From the human T2T-CHM13v2.0 reference genome, Homo sapiens, in assembly GCF_009914755.1 (NCBI RefSeq), contig NC_060934.1: a stretch of 64,000 nucleotides of DNA; one strand, 5' to 3'. Within the stretch, counting starts at the first letter, position 1. The number at the start of each line of letters is the position of its first letter. Shown piece by piece: positions 27,283 through 40,480 of the stretch. The position numbers were made by a program, and so were the translations under genes. The notes beneath the pieces were generated by a model that saw only the letters and a list, made by a program, of their open reading frames with translations, ran no database searches and was not told the DNA's origin.

Positions 27283-29002
27283 AGAACTGTGATTTCTTAA
27301 TGCTGACCACTGTCCATGGTGAGTGCAGAGAAGGTGTCCAGGTGTAGTGGGAAGGAAGATGTTCTACTTTTATTTTCAGGATCCCAGAAAATCCACATCA
27401 CAGTGGATGGGGCTCTGGTCTAGATGCAAGGCTCCATCTTCCTGGTATCCTTGGACACTCATGGTCCTGTGAGTTACAGCATCTGAAAGACATCTTCCAA
27501 CCTTGGATGCCTCTGCTTGTTTAGTCAAAGCCTCCTTGGGCACCTCAGTCCTTAGCCAGTCACGGCCAGTTAATTCTCTCCCTTGAAAACAGCAGGAGGG
27601 CTATAAGGGCACTACAGCCTGGCTGATGCAGGCATTCCCTTGGGAAGGAAGAGTGACATTCATGGCCACTGACCATCGGCCCTCAGATGTGTGTATGCTC
27701 AGCCTCCGTGGCATCCCAGGCTGCAGGGGAGGAAGGGCAAAAGGACCTGATGATGTTATCTTCTCCCCACCGTGCCCAGCAGTTGACAGGTGGCTGCCAG
27801 TGGGGCACCCGGGGGCCATGCTTACTCCTGCCCTGCCCATGGAGTGTGGGTGTGCCAACCCTGGCTGAGTGAGGTGCACTGTGTCCCGCATCAGCTCTGT
27901 AAGCTCCATGTCTTGGGTCATTGCTGTTGCCCAAGGGAAGAACAGGTCATTGGCCCAGTCAAAGCTTACCCCTTGCTCTGTGGACCCCTGTGCTTAGTGC
28001 CGGAAGGGCTCTGAAGTCAGGCTCTCCCTTCCGGTGTCAGGGCAAAGCAATGAGGCTGTGGAGAGTGGAAGGCTGAACCGTGGACTAACGGTGCAGGGTA
28101 CCAGGTCTCCCAAGGAGGGGGATCCTAGACAGGCACTGACCCAAAGCCAAAGCTGTCCTGCTCCCTCCCCACTGGTGCTATCCACCTGACCCATCTCTAA
28201 TCTGATGCTGGTTTCCATGGGGTACTTTTCAGGGTCTAGGGTATTGGGTAATTAGGGGCCAGTCTCCAGCTCTTCAACTGAAAAAGGCAGTGAAAGGCCA
28301 GGCTCCACCTTCCTCCCAAGGGCTGGGGTGTGTGCCTGTATCCTCAGTACTGGCTGAAAACCCCAAGGGCTCCTGGCCATCCGCCCTCCCGGGGAATGCG
28401 ATGGGAATTTATGAGCTGTGATCATGTTCATGTTTACTTCTCAGAGACTGATGACTTGTCCACACAGCCACATCCAGGTCCTGCTTCAGCTAAGAGTCTG
28501 TTTATTTGGGAGAATTTATCCAACCCAGACACAGGCTTTTTTCTGCTACTGAACCAAGACAGGTGGCCCTGGAGTTGAGATAGCCCTAGAGCTGACTCTC
28601 CTTGGATTGGAAAGAGCTGTGGGTGCGATTTAGCAAGACCTAGCTTCAAATGTGGTTGTGCCGCTTGCTGGCTACGTAGCTGTTTTCCTTTTTAAGGCAG
28701 AGATACTGATAATGAGAAAAAGCATGGTGTATTTGGTGTGCCTTAAAGCCATTCAATGTCGAATGCAGTTGCTGCTACATATTGCCAGACTCAGTCCATA
28801 ACCATATGTCCCCAAATAAATTCTCAGTTAATATTTTATTTGGTAAAAATATTATTGGAAAACCTATAAACAACAGATGACAAGCACAATGATACGTGTT
28901 TCTGCCAATTCAAGGATTGTCCTTCCTGGCTTGGTATCTGGCACAAGTCCTTGCAAACTTGCAAGTTTCAATAACTAGTCAGAGCAAAAAAAAAAAAAAA
29001 AA

Positions 29003-29339
<337 letters not shown>

Positions 29340-32300
29340 TAGTTGCGGCCAGCCCCTGTGAAATGAATATTATCTGTGAGAATTTTAAATATGTCTGAAT
29401 TACTGTTCCATTCTATAAACGACCACAGTTATTCTTAGCGACCTCTTCAACAGTTTGCTGTTCCATCTTTCTGGAAGGCCATTCCATGACTCTGCAAGGC
29501 AGGTTCATTCTCATCCTGGTTCCTGTGTCATCTCTGCAGATGTGTTCCCTTGTCACCCCATAAGTCACCTCTCCTGATGAGGCTGTTGCATCACCCTGCT
29601 TCTCTTCAGTGCCTTATAACATTGTTGGATTTCCTTATTAATGGCTAATTTGTTCTTTCTTCCCCTAGACTAAAAAACAGGGACTCTATCTCTCGTTTTT
29701 ACTGCCATAGCCCTAGTGCCTAATACTGTGCCTGACACACAGTAAGTCCTCAACAGAGTCACTGCTGAATGAAATAACACATTCTAAAGCTAATATACGC
29801 TAATGTTTTTTTGAAAATTATAAACTAATGAGAAATGGGAAAAAGTCACCTATAATCTCACCACTCAAAGACAACTTGCATTTCTATTTTAGTGGCATGA
29901 TTTCTTAAACCTGGTTATAAACACTGTATTTACTTTAACATTTTAAAAATATTTAAATTGACAAAATTTATATTGAACATGTACAACGTGATCTGAAATA
30001 TGTGTACACTGACATGGCTAATTAACGATGTATCACCTCACATACCATTTTTTTGTAGTGAGAACACTTAAAATCTATTTTTAACAATGTTCAAACATAC
30101 ATTGTATTGTTATTAACTGTAGCCACCATGATGTCCATTAGATCTCCTGAAGTTATTCCTTGTAACTGAAATATTGTACCCTTTGAACAGCATCTTCCAA
30201 TACCCCTTCCAAGTCTCTGGTAACTGCCATTCTACTTTTTGGTTCTTTTAGCTCATTTTTTTTAGATTCTACATTTAAATATTAATAAGATCATGCAGTA
30301 CTGGTGCCTGGCTTATTTCACTTAATATCCTCCAGTTTCATCCATTTTGTCACAAATGATGGTATATCCTTTTTTAAGGGTGCATAGTATTCCACTGAGT
30401 ATATACACATCATGTTCTTTATCGATTCATTCATTGACAGACACTTTAGTTTGATTCCCTATCTCGACTATTGTAAGTAATGCTTCAGTGAACATGGGAG
30501 TGTAGATATCTCTTCGACATACTGACTTTGGATGTATACCCAGTAGTGGGATTGCTGGATCATACAGTAGCTCTGTTCTTAATTTTTTGAGAAAACTCCA
30601 TACAGTTTTCCATAATTACTAATTTACATTCCCACCAAGTGCACAAGGGTTCCCTTTACTCCACATCCTCACCAACACTTATCTTTTGTCTTTTTGGTAA
30701 TAGCCCTTCTAACGGGTGTGAGATGATATCTCATATTCATTTTAATTTGCGTGTCCCTGATTAGTGATGTTGAACATTTCTAAATATACCTGTTGACCAT
30801 TTGTATGTCGTCTTTCTAGAGGTGTATTTAGGTCCTTTGCCCATTTTTTAAATCAGGTTGTTGGCTTTCTTGCTGTTGGGTGTTTGGTTTCTTTTGGTTA
30901 TTAACCCCTTATCAGATGTGTGGTGTGTAAATATTTTCTTCCATTTCGTAGGTGTTTTTTTCACTCTGTTGATCATTTTCTCTGCTGGACAGGAGCTTTT
31001 TACTTTGATGTGTTCCCATTTGCATCTTTTCCCTTTAGTTGCTTATGCTTTTGTGGCCATACCCAAAAAATGATTGCCCAGACCAATGTCATGGAGCTCT
31101 GCCCCTGTGTTTGCTTCTGGTAGGTTTACAGTTTCAGGTCTACGCTTAAGTCTTTAAACATTGAGTTGATTTTTGTATATGGCGTGAGATGAGGGCCTAA
31201 TTTCATTCTCTGCACGTAGATACTCAATTTTTCCAGCACCGTTTACTGAAGAGACTGTCCTCTCCCCGTTGCATGTCTTGGCATCTCTGTCGAAAATCCA
31301 TTGACCATACACATGGATTTATTTCTTGGCGCTCTATTCTGTTCAATTGGTAGATTTCTATTTTTAGGCCAGTGCCATCCCGCTTTGATTACTATTGCTG
31401 TGTAGTATATTTTGAAATCAGGTAGTACAATGCTTCTTTTTTTCCCCTCAAGATTCCTTGGCTATTCAAGGTCTTTTGTGGCTCCATATGAATTTTATGA
31501 TTCTATTTCTATGAAAAATTCCATTAAGATTTTTGATGGGGATTGCATTGAATCTGTAGATCACTCTGGTAGTATAGACACTTTAACAATATTCTTCTAA
31601 TCTATGAGCATAGGATATCTTCCCATTTATTTGTATCTTCAGTTTTTTCCATCAATGTCTTATAGTTTTCAGTGTACAGTGGTTTCACCATTTTGGTTAA
31701 GTTTATTCCTAAGTATGTTATTATTTTGTAACTATTGTAAATAGGATTGTTTTATTGATTTCTTTTCCAGATAATTCATTGTTAGTGCATAGAAATACTA
31801 CTGATTTTTGTGTGTTGATTTTGTATCCTCAGACTTTACTGAATTTGTTTATTAGCTCTAATAGTTTTGGCTGGACTCTTTGGGTTCTTTTTGTGTGTAA
31901 GATCATGCCATTGCAAACAGGGACAATTTGACTTCTTCCTTTCCAATTTGGATGCCCTTCATTTCTTTCTCTTGCCTAGCTGCTCTGGATAGAACTTCCA
32001 GTACTATGTTGAATAGAAGTGGTAAGAGTGAACATCTTTGTCTTATTCCTGATCTTAGAAGAAAAGCTTTCAACTATTCACCACGGAGTATGATGTTAGC
32101 TGTGGGTTTGTCTTACGTGGCCTTTATTGTGTTGAGACACATTCCTTCTATACCTAATTTGTTGAAAGTTTTTTTATCATTAAAGGAAGTTGAATTTTGT
32201 CCAATGGTTTTTCTGCATCTATTGAAATAATCATAAGGTTTTTGTCCTTCATTCCATTAATGTGATGTATCTCATTTATAGATTAGTGTATGTTGAACCA

Positions 32301-32838
32301 TGCTTATATCCCTGGGATAAATGTCATTTGATCATGGCAAATGATCCTTTTAATGTGCTGTTGGATTCAGTTTACTAGTATTTTCTTGAGAACTTTTGCA
32401 TCTACGTTCATCAGAGATTTTTGGCTTGTAACAGCTTCTTTTTATAGTGTTTTTGTCTGCTTTTAGTATCAGAGTGATGCCATGTACGGTGAGTTTGGAA
32501 GTATTCCCTCCTGTTCAATTTTGTGGAAGAATTTGAGAAGAATCAGTATACTTCTTTAAATGTTTGGTAGAATTTAGTAGCAAAGCCATCAGATCCTGTG
32601 ATTTTCTTTGATGATAGACTTTTTACTGCCAATTCAATCTTCTTACTCATTACTGTTCTGTTCAAATTTTCTGTTTACTCATGACTTAATCATAGTAGGT
32701 TGTATGTGTCTAGGAATTTATCCATTTCTTGTAAGTTATCTAATTTGTTGGCATATGATTGTCTGTGGTAGTCTTTTTTAGTCATTTGTATTTCTGCGGT
32801 ATCAGTGTAATTTCTCCTCTTTCATTTCTGATTTTATC

Positions 32839-33138
32839 TTTTGTTTTTTCTTTTGAGACAGAGTCTTGCTCTGTCACCCAGGCTGAAGTGCAGTGGCGTG
32901 TCCTTGGCTCACTGCAACCTCCGCCTCCTGGGTCAAGCGATTCGCCTGCCTCAGCCTCCCAAGCAGCTGGGACTACAGGCATACACCACCATGCCTGGCT
33001 AATTTTTTGTATTTTGTAGAGCCGGGATTTTGCTATGTTGACCAGGCTGTTTTCAAACTCCTGGCCTCAAGTGATCCACCCAGTTAGCCCTCCCAAAGTG
33101 CTGGGATTACAGGTGTGCATGAGCCACCATGCCTGGCC
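32839..33138 (-). mobile_element. Alu (J/S) inside L1
   Basis: Reverse dimer. Confidence 0.9.
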
Positions 33139-34721
33139 TGAGTTGTCTTTTTTTACTTAGTCTAGCTAAAGGTTTGTCAGTTTTGTCTTTTCAAAAAACC
33201 AACTCTTTATGTTGCTGATCTTCTGTATTATTTTTCTACTCTCTCATTTATTATTATTTCTTTCCTTCTAACTTTGGGCTTAGTTTGTTCTTCTTTTTGT
33301 AGTTCCTTGAGGTAACACTAGATGTTTACTTGGCAAGTTCTTTTTTGATGCAGGCATTTATTGTTATAAACTTCTCTCTTAGAACTGCTTTTGCTGCATC
33401 CCGTAAGTTTTGGTATGTTGTGTTTCCATTTTCATTTGTCTCATGACACTTTAAACATTTTTAAAATTTTTTTCTTTGACCCATTGGTGTTCAGGAACAT
33501 GTTGCTTAATTTCCACATATTTGGGAATTTCCCAAAATCCTTATAACAGGAAGAATTTTTCTGAAACCAGAATTGATTTCTGGTTTCAAAAGATTGTGGT
33601 TAAAAAAGATACTCAGTAGGATTTCAGAATTTTTAAATTTATTATCTATCCTGGAGAATTCTCTGTGTGCACCTGAGAAGAATGTGCATTCTGCTGCTGT
33701 TGGATGGAATGTTATATATATGTCTAGTGGTCCATTCATTAAATGTCTTGTTTGGGTCATTCATTTTCCTGATTGGTTCAATTGTTTTTCTGCATTTTGC
33801 AGGGTGGGGTGGGGTCACTGACCTTCCTTAAAACAATTATTTTGAATTCTTTGTCAGGTAGCTCATAAATCTCTGTATCTTTAGAGTCAGTTACTGGTGC
33901 TTTATTTTGTTCCTTTGGTGATGTGATTTTTCCATGATTGTTTTTGTGGCTATAATTTGGTGTTTGCACATTTGAGGAAGTAGAGATTTATTTCAGTCTT
34001 TGTTTGAGAAAGCCTTTCACCAGTAGCCTGTCCAGAGATTCTGGGCAGGCTGTCTTGTGTGGTCATGGGTAGGTTTGCTACTGGAGCCTTTGGGTAGGCT
34101 GGCCTGGTGCCTGGATCCACTACGGTGAACTTGTTAATTGGTACTGTGGAAGCCAGCCTGAAGCCTAGGTTCACAGAAACTGACAAGGTATTGTGGTGGA
34201 CCTTGACCCTGGATCTGTAGGTCTTGGCCAGGCACTGGGACAGGCCTGGAGCCTGAGTCCATGAAGGCAACCCTTGGTCTTGAGACCATGGGCGCTGACC
34301 TGGCACCAGGGTCTGCAGGGTGGACCTGGGGCAGGTATGGAGCCTGGGTACCTGGAGCCATGGGGGCTAGTCTGGAGCCTGGGTTCACAGTGGATGGTCC
34401 TGGAGCCTGGGTTCTCAAGGACAGGCCAAGCACTCGATTGTCCTGGGACAGGCCTAAACCCCTGGTCTGCTGGAGAATAGCAATGCAGGGGCTGCCCTGG
34501 CACTGGGCAGGCCTGGAGACTATGTCTTAAGATGCCAACCTGGGCCAGGCGCAGTGGTTCACGCCTGAAGTCCCAGCACTTTGGGAGGCCAAGGTGGGCG
34601 GATCACAAGGGCAGGCGATTGAGACCAGCCTGGCCAACATGGTGAAACCCCGTCTCTACTACAAATACAAAAATTAGCTGGGCATGGTGGTGCATGCCTG
34701 TAATCCCAGCTACTCAGGAGG

Positions 34722-35097
<376 letters not shown>

Positions 35098-35565
35098 CTG
35101 GCTCACATCTGATCTGGAACCGGAAGTAAGCCTGAAGTCTGGGGCCATGAGGACTGGCCTAGCACAAGGCTGGCCTGGAGGCTGGGTCTGTGGCTGCTGG
35201 CTTGCTGAGTAAGGCTGCAGGGGCCTGTCTGGTGCTGGGGTGGATCTGAAGCCTGGAGCTATGAGAGCCATCTAAGTGCTGGAAGCAGTCCAGAGCTTGG
35301 GGCTACTGGGTTGGGCCCGGAGACCAAGTCCATTGGGCAGGTCGGGTGCCAGAGCAGGCCTTTATGCCCAGTGCAATGGTACCAGCCTGGAGTCTGGGGC
35401 TGTGAGGCCCTTGCATTGCACTGGGTTTTTCTGGGGCAGGCCCAGTGTAGGTCTGAGGCGAAGTCCAGAGCTCACTTCCCTTACCTTCCCCCAAGTGGAG
35501 AGGATCTCTCTCCATACTGTGCTGCCCGGGGTTGGGGGAGGTGATGTTGGAAATGTCCTTATTTC

Positions 35566-35885
<320 letters not shown>

Positions 35886-37151
35886 TTATTTCTATGCCAC
35901 ATTGAGATACTGTGATCTCTCACCTGGTTTTCCCAGCTCTTGGGAAGGTGTTTTCATGTAGGGAGAGTTGTTCAAACTGATTTTCTGCGTGGGAGATGAG
36001 TGGTGAAGAGTCCTCTTTTGTCATCTTGCTGACATCCTATTTCTTGGAACACAGTGTCTTTTAGTGTGAATTTCGCTTTCTAAAATTTACATGGTATAAA
36101 AACATTGCAACCCGAGTTTCATTATTCTGATGGCTGTAATCATTTCAGATGACTCTTTACTTTACCGTAGTCCTTTTGTTGAGTCTGTGGGCTGTTACTG
36201 AATTTTGTACTTTCCTAAAGATTTTGATGTGCCACGTTTTTCTTTATCAGGATGATTTCTTTAGGATTGACACTCAAAAGTGAAATTACTAGAAGTTATG
36301 AACATTTCTTAGAAGTATGGCTTTATGTTGCCAAGTTGTTTTTTAAAAATGTCATACTGACTGAAGGTTTAACTTTTCAAATTCCTGAGTTTACCTAGAA
36401 TCTAGTTGGGTATATGGTATGAAGGGAGTATATAAAGCTTTTCCAAGTAGCAAATCAATTATTCTCCCATATTTTATTAAATACGGCTCCCTTCCCTACC
36501 CATCTGTATTACCTCCTTCTTTAGGATTCTTACATATGCTAAGGTCTGATCGGACCCACCTTGTCCTGTTTAGCTATGGGTTAATAAGTACTCCAGTGCC
36601 ATATGACTTTTGTTAAATTAGTTTTATAATATATGATGTGATAGGATATTCCTTTTTCAAAAATTTCTTGGCCAACGTTTTTAAAATACAGAAGGATTCT
36701 ATAAAGATCTTAAAATATAGTATGAAACCTTTGCAGTTCCATACAAGCTTTGAATGGATCAAACACTACAAACTGTATTAGACTATTGCAAAGTTATACT
36801 TTAGTTCTCTGATCAGTTTCTATGCCCATTATTTTTCCTTAAAGACACTTGATTCCTTCTGTAATTCCTAATCAGGGAACCAAAGCCATAAAATGTTATG
36901 CTTCATTCTGGATTTAACCTATAAAAGTTGCATTTCCCCTTCTTCTCATTACCTATCTAGAAAAATATGCACAGATGTTGATAACAGGATGATCACTGAA
37001 AAAGCAGGAATGACTTTAAGACCCATGTGTAGGAGAACAGTTAAATAAACTGCAGCCCATCTACCCCATGTAACACTATGTGTGATTAAACAGATGGAAG
37101 GGGGAAGGCTTCCAACATACATTATCGAGTAGAAAAAAAAGACACCAAGTT

Positions 37152-37458
37152 GGCCGGGCACGGTGGCTCATGCCTGTAATCCCAGAACTTTGGGAGGCCG
37201 AGGCAGGTGGATCACGAGGTCAGGAGATCAAGACCACCCTGGCTAACACGGTGAAACCCCATCTCTACTAAAAAAATACAAAAAATTAGCCATGCATGGT
37301 GGTGGGCGCCTGTAGTCCCAGCTACTCGGGAGGCTGAGGCAGGAGAATGGGCGTGAACCCGGGAGGCGGAGCTTGCAGTGAGCCGAGATTGTGCCACTGC
37401 ACTCCAGCCTGGGTGACAGAGCAAGACCCCATCTCGAAAAACAAAACAAAACAAAAAA
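37152..37458 (+). mobile_element. AluY
   Basis: ctggctaacacggtgaaacc, ggagcttgcagtg; TSD aaaaagacaccaagtt; (AAAAC)n tail. Confidence 0.93.
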
Positions 37459-37687
37459 GACACCAAGTTCTAGCACCATTCCTATAGTATGTTACCATAC
37501 AGTTTTTAAAATGCCCACATAATTATTTTTTAAGGGTCTATGTATTATGTGTGTAAAGACCTAGGCTGGAAGGGTCTTTATTGTTAGAGTGAAAAGGAAG
37601 CTGTGTTTTTACTTGCAATGCTTACATTTTTACACAGATCATGTATTTGTACATGCTTTGCTTGTGTAACTAGAAATGAGTACTATT

Positions 37688-37985
37688 GGCCAGGCAAGGT
37701 GGCTCACGCCTGTAATCCCAGCACTTTGGGAGGCTGAGGCCGGCGGATCACTTGAGGTCAAGAGTTTGCCATCAGCCTGGCCAACATGGTGAAACCCTGT
37801 CTTTACTAAAAATACAAAAATTAGCTGGGTGTGGTGTTTTGTGCCTGTAGTCCTAGCTACTTGGGAGGCTTAGGCAGGAGAATCACTTGAACCCAGGAGG
37901 CAGGGTTTGCAGTGAGCTGAGATCATGCCACTGCACTCCAGCCTGGGCTACAGAGCAAGACTGTCTAAAAAAAAAAAAAAAAAAA
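37688..37985 (+). mobile_element. AluS
   Basis: Perfect TSD agaaatgagtactatt. Confidence 0.93.
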
Positions 37986-38430
37986 GAAATGAGTACTATT
38001 TTAAGAGTCACACTCTTTAAAGGGATTATCGGCTCCGGGGCTGTATTCCTCTTGCAGTCGCCTTGATGCCTTTGCATCTTGCAGCTCCTTCCATGCTCAG
38101 CACAGACTTGTGGCCCCACAGAGTGCCCGGGGTGGGTGGGGGGTGGGCGTTAGCCCGAGATGGCATGCAGCTCCCAGGGAGATGTGCTATGATTAAATCC
38201 TTGCCCTGCAGGGATCACAAAACTTGGCAGTTGCCAGTTTATGTAAGAAAAGCTATGCTCAGGAAAGAGAGAGGGAGTTTGACCAGGGATGGGAAGTGAC
38301 TTGGAGCCTGATCATGAGTGGAATTGAGGCTCCCCAGCCACCAGTCACAAATTCCATCTAGTGGGCCCGGAAGGGTTCTCAGCAGAAGGTTGTGTCCCAT
38401 AAAAAAGGAGAAGCTGCTAAACATGCTAAG

Positions 38431-38791
38431 TGCATTAGTCTGTTTTCATGCTGTGGATAAAGACATACCCAAGACTGGGTAATTTATAAAGAAAAAGAGG
38501 TTTAATGGACTCTCAGTTCCATGTGGCTGGGGAGGCCTCACAATCATGGTGGAAGGTGAAAGGCACGTCTTACATGGCAGCAGGCACGAGAGAATGAGAG
38601 CCAAGTCAAAGGGGAAACACCTTATAAAGCCATCAGATCTCATGAGACTTAATCACTACCAGGAGAACAGTATGGGGGAAACAGTCCCTATGATTCAATT
38701 ATCTCCCACCAGGTCCTTCCCACAACATGTACGAATTGTGGCAGTACAATTCAAGATGAGATTTGGGTGGGGACAGAGCCAAACCACATCA
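38431..38791 (-). mobile_element. THE1B-like solo LTR
   Basis: Complete LTR with a perfect 5-bp TSD ctaag (38426-38430, 38792-38796). Confidence 0.93.
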
Positions 38792-38949
38792 CTAAGGCTT
38801 TGGACATCAAATGTGGACATTTCAGGGCTGGTTCATGGCTGTGGCAGGGAGCAGTTATTTACCCAGGGCAGAAAGTTTCCTCGACTGAGGACTTTATCTT
38901 CACTTCATTCTGGTGAGGGAGAAACCATTCTTTGAGAATTTACTACGTA

Positions 38950-39001
38950 TTAGGTTGGCGCAAAAGTAATCGTGGTTTTTGCCATGACTTTTAATGGCAA
39001 A
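38950..39001. mobile_element. MADE1 (Hsmar1-derived MITE), one arm truncated
   Basis: TA + ttaggttggcgcaaaagtaatcgtggtttttgccatgacttttaatggcaaa matches the first ~50 nt of the 80-bp MADE1. Confidence 0.85.
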
Positions 39002-39019
39002 CTTTAAAAGTTTTAAAAA

Positions 39020-39230
39020 CTTTAAAATGTTACTAATACCAGGCACTGTATGAGAAGTTTTGAACACGTATCTTATTATATTCTGACATTCCACCCATAT
39101 GGGAGGTTGTACCATTCTCCCTGTTTTGTGGATTATAAAAGCGAAGCTCAGAGCACTGACGTCACTTGCCTAAGTCCCCGTGACAAGTGAAGGAGCTTGA
39201 ATTGGAAATCAGAAGGTCTATCTCAAAAGG
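39020..39230 (-). mobile_element. MIR
   Basis: ccaggcactgtatgagaag...ccctgttttgtggattataaaagcgaagctcagag...acttgcctaagtc. Confidence 0.7.
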
Positions 39231-39924
39231 TAGCGCTCCCATGCTCATAACCTCCATGGTAGACTGACTACCTCTAGGAAAACTTGAGGTCTTCAAATAA
39301 GAAGATTTATTTTGCAAACCAGGGGCTCACAGAGGAGGGCAGGCTTCAGCAGCCTTGGCTTCCCCTAACCCTCGGCAGCATATGAGAACATTCTCTTTGC
39401 AGAACAACTGCCTTCCAACTACTCTCAAGAAAAATGCAGGCAAGCTACATATTATGATATTTGCCTGGGACATCGTGGTTTTAGTTACCAAAAAAATAAA
39501 ACAACCTTTCCAGCTGACTGCCTTCTCATCTTCTTCCATAATCTCTCTTTTGCGAGCAGTCTGGGTATTCAATTTAAAATGAATTAAGGAGGCAATTGAG
39601 GAAGGATGTCAGTCCGAGCTTTTAAAAACTCACAGTTAATGAACATCAAATTCCATTCTAGTCTGCAAGAAGGTAACCTTTTGACTTGTAAACTTTATAC
39701 ATCCTCTGTGCTGTCATCTGTCCCCAAGGCTGTCTGTGTACGTCTGTGGGGAAGGTCAGCCCGGGGCCCAGAGCTGGCCTGTGCAACTTCAGCAGCCAAC
39801 CCCCTCCCCGACTCGTCCCATTGGTGCCCTCTGATGAACTTGAACCTGGAAGCTCTGTCTCACTGTCACACTTCTCTGACCAGTGCAAAAGCCAGGCCTT
39901 ATCTTTTTCAACTTTTTCAAATGA

Positions 39925-40480
39925 TCTCTTAAAAATTGTAGCAAAATATACATAACATAAAATTTACCATCTTAACCATTTTAAGTGTACACTTCAGTAG
40001 TGTTAAGTACAATTACATTGTTGTGCAACCAGTCTCTGGCACTATTTATCTTGCACAACTATAATTTTTTTTGCATTGTAGTTAACTGCATAGACCATAA
40101 AAGTTATCGTAGCCGGTTTCTGTTTTTTGTTTTTTGTTTTTAAGACAGGGTCTAACTCTGTCACCCAGCTGGAGTGCAATGGCCCAATCATGGCTCACTG
40201 TAGCCTCGAAACTTCTGGGCTCAAGTGATCCTCCTGCCTCAGCCTTCCGAGTAGATAGGACTACAGGTGTGGGCCACCATGCCTGGCTAATTTTATGTAG
40301 AGATGGGTCTTGCCATGTTGCCTGGGCTGGTCTTGAACTCCTGTTCTCAACTGTCCTACTTCAGCCTTCCAAAGTGCTGGGATTACAGTCATGAGCCATT
40401 GTGCCTGACCCTATCTTAACTATTCCTAAGTGTACAATTCAGTAGCATTAAGGACATTCACGTTATACAAACATTACCAC
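39925..40480 (-). mobile_element. Two L1MB-like 3'-end fragments, the second split by an AluJ (40118-40410)
   Basis: aacataaaatttaccatcttaaccattttaagtgtacacttcagtagtgttaagtac occurs twice in diverged form; reverse AluJ between. Confidence 0.75.

Noticed and set aside
27305-27326. REST/RE1 site (CACCATGGACAG core on minus)
   Set aside because: The left TTCAG half and the 3' end mismatch; too weak on sequence alone.
38950-39001. miR-548 family precursor
   Set aside because: Only one MADE1 arm is present, so no ~35-bp stem can form.
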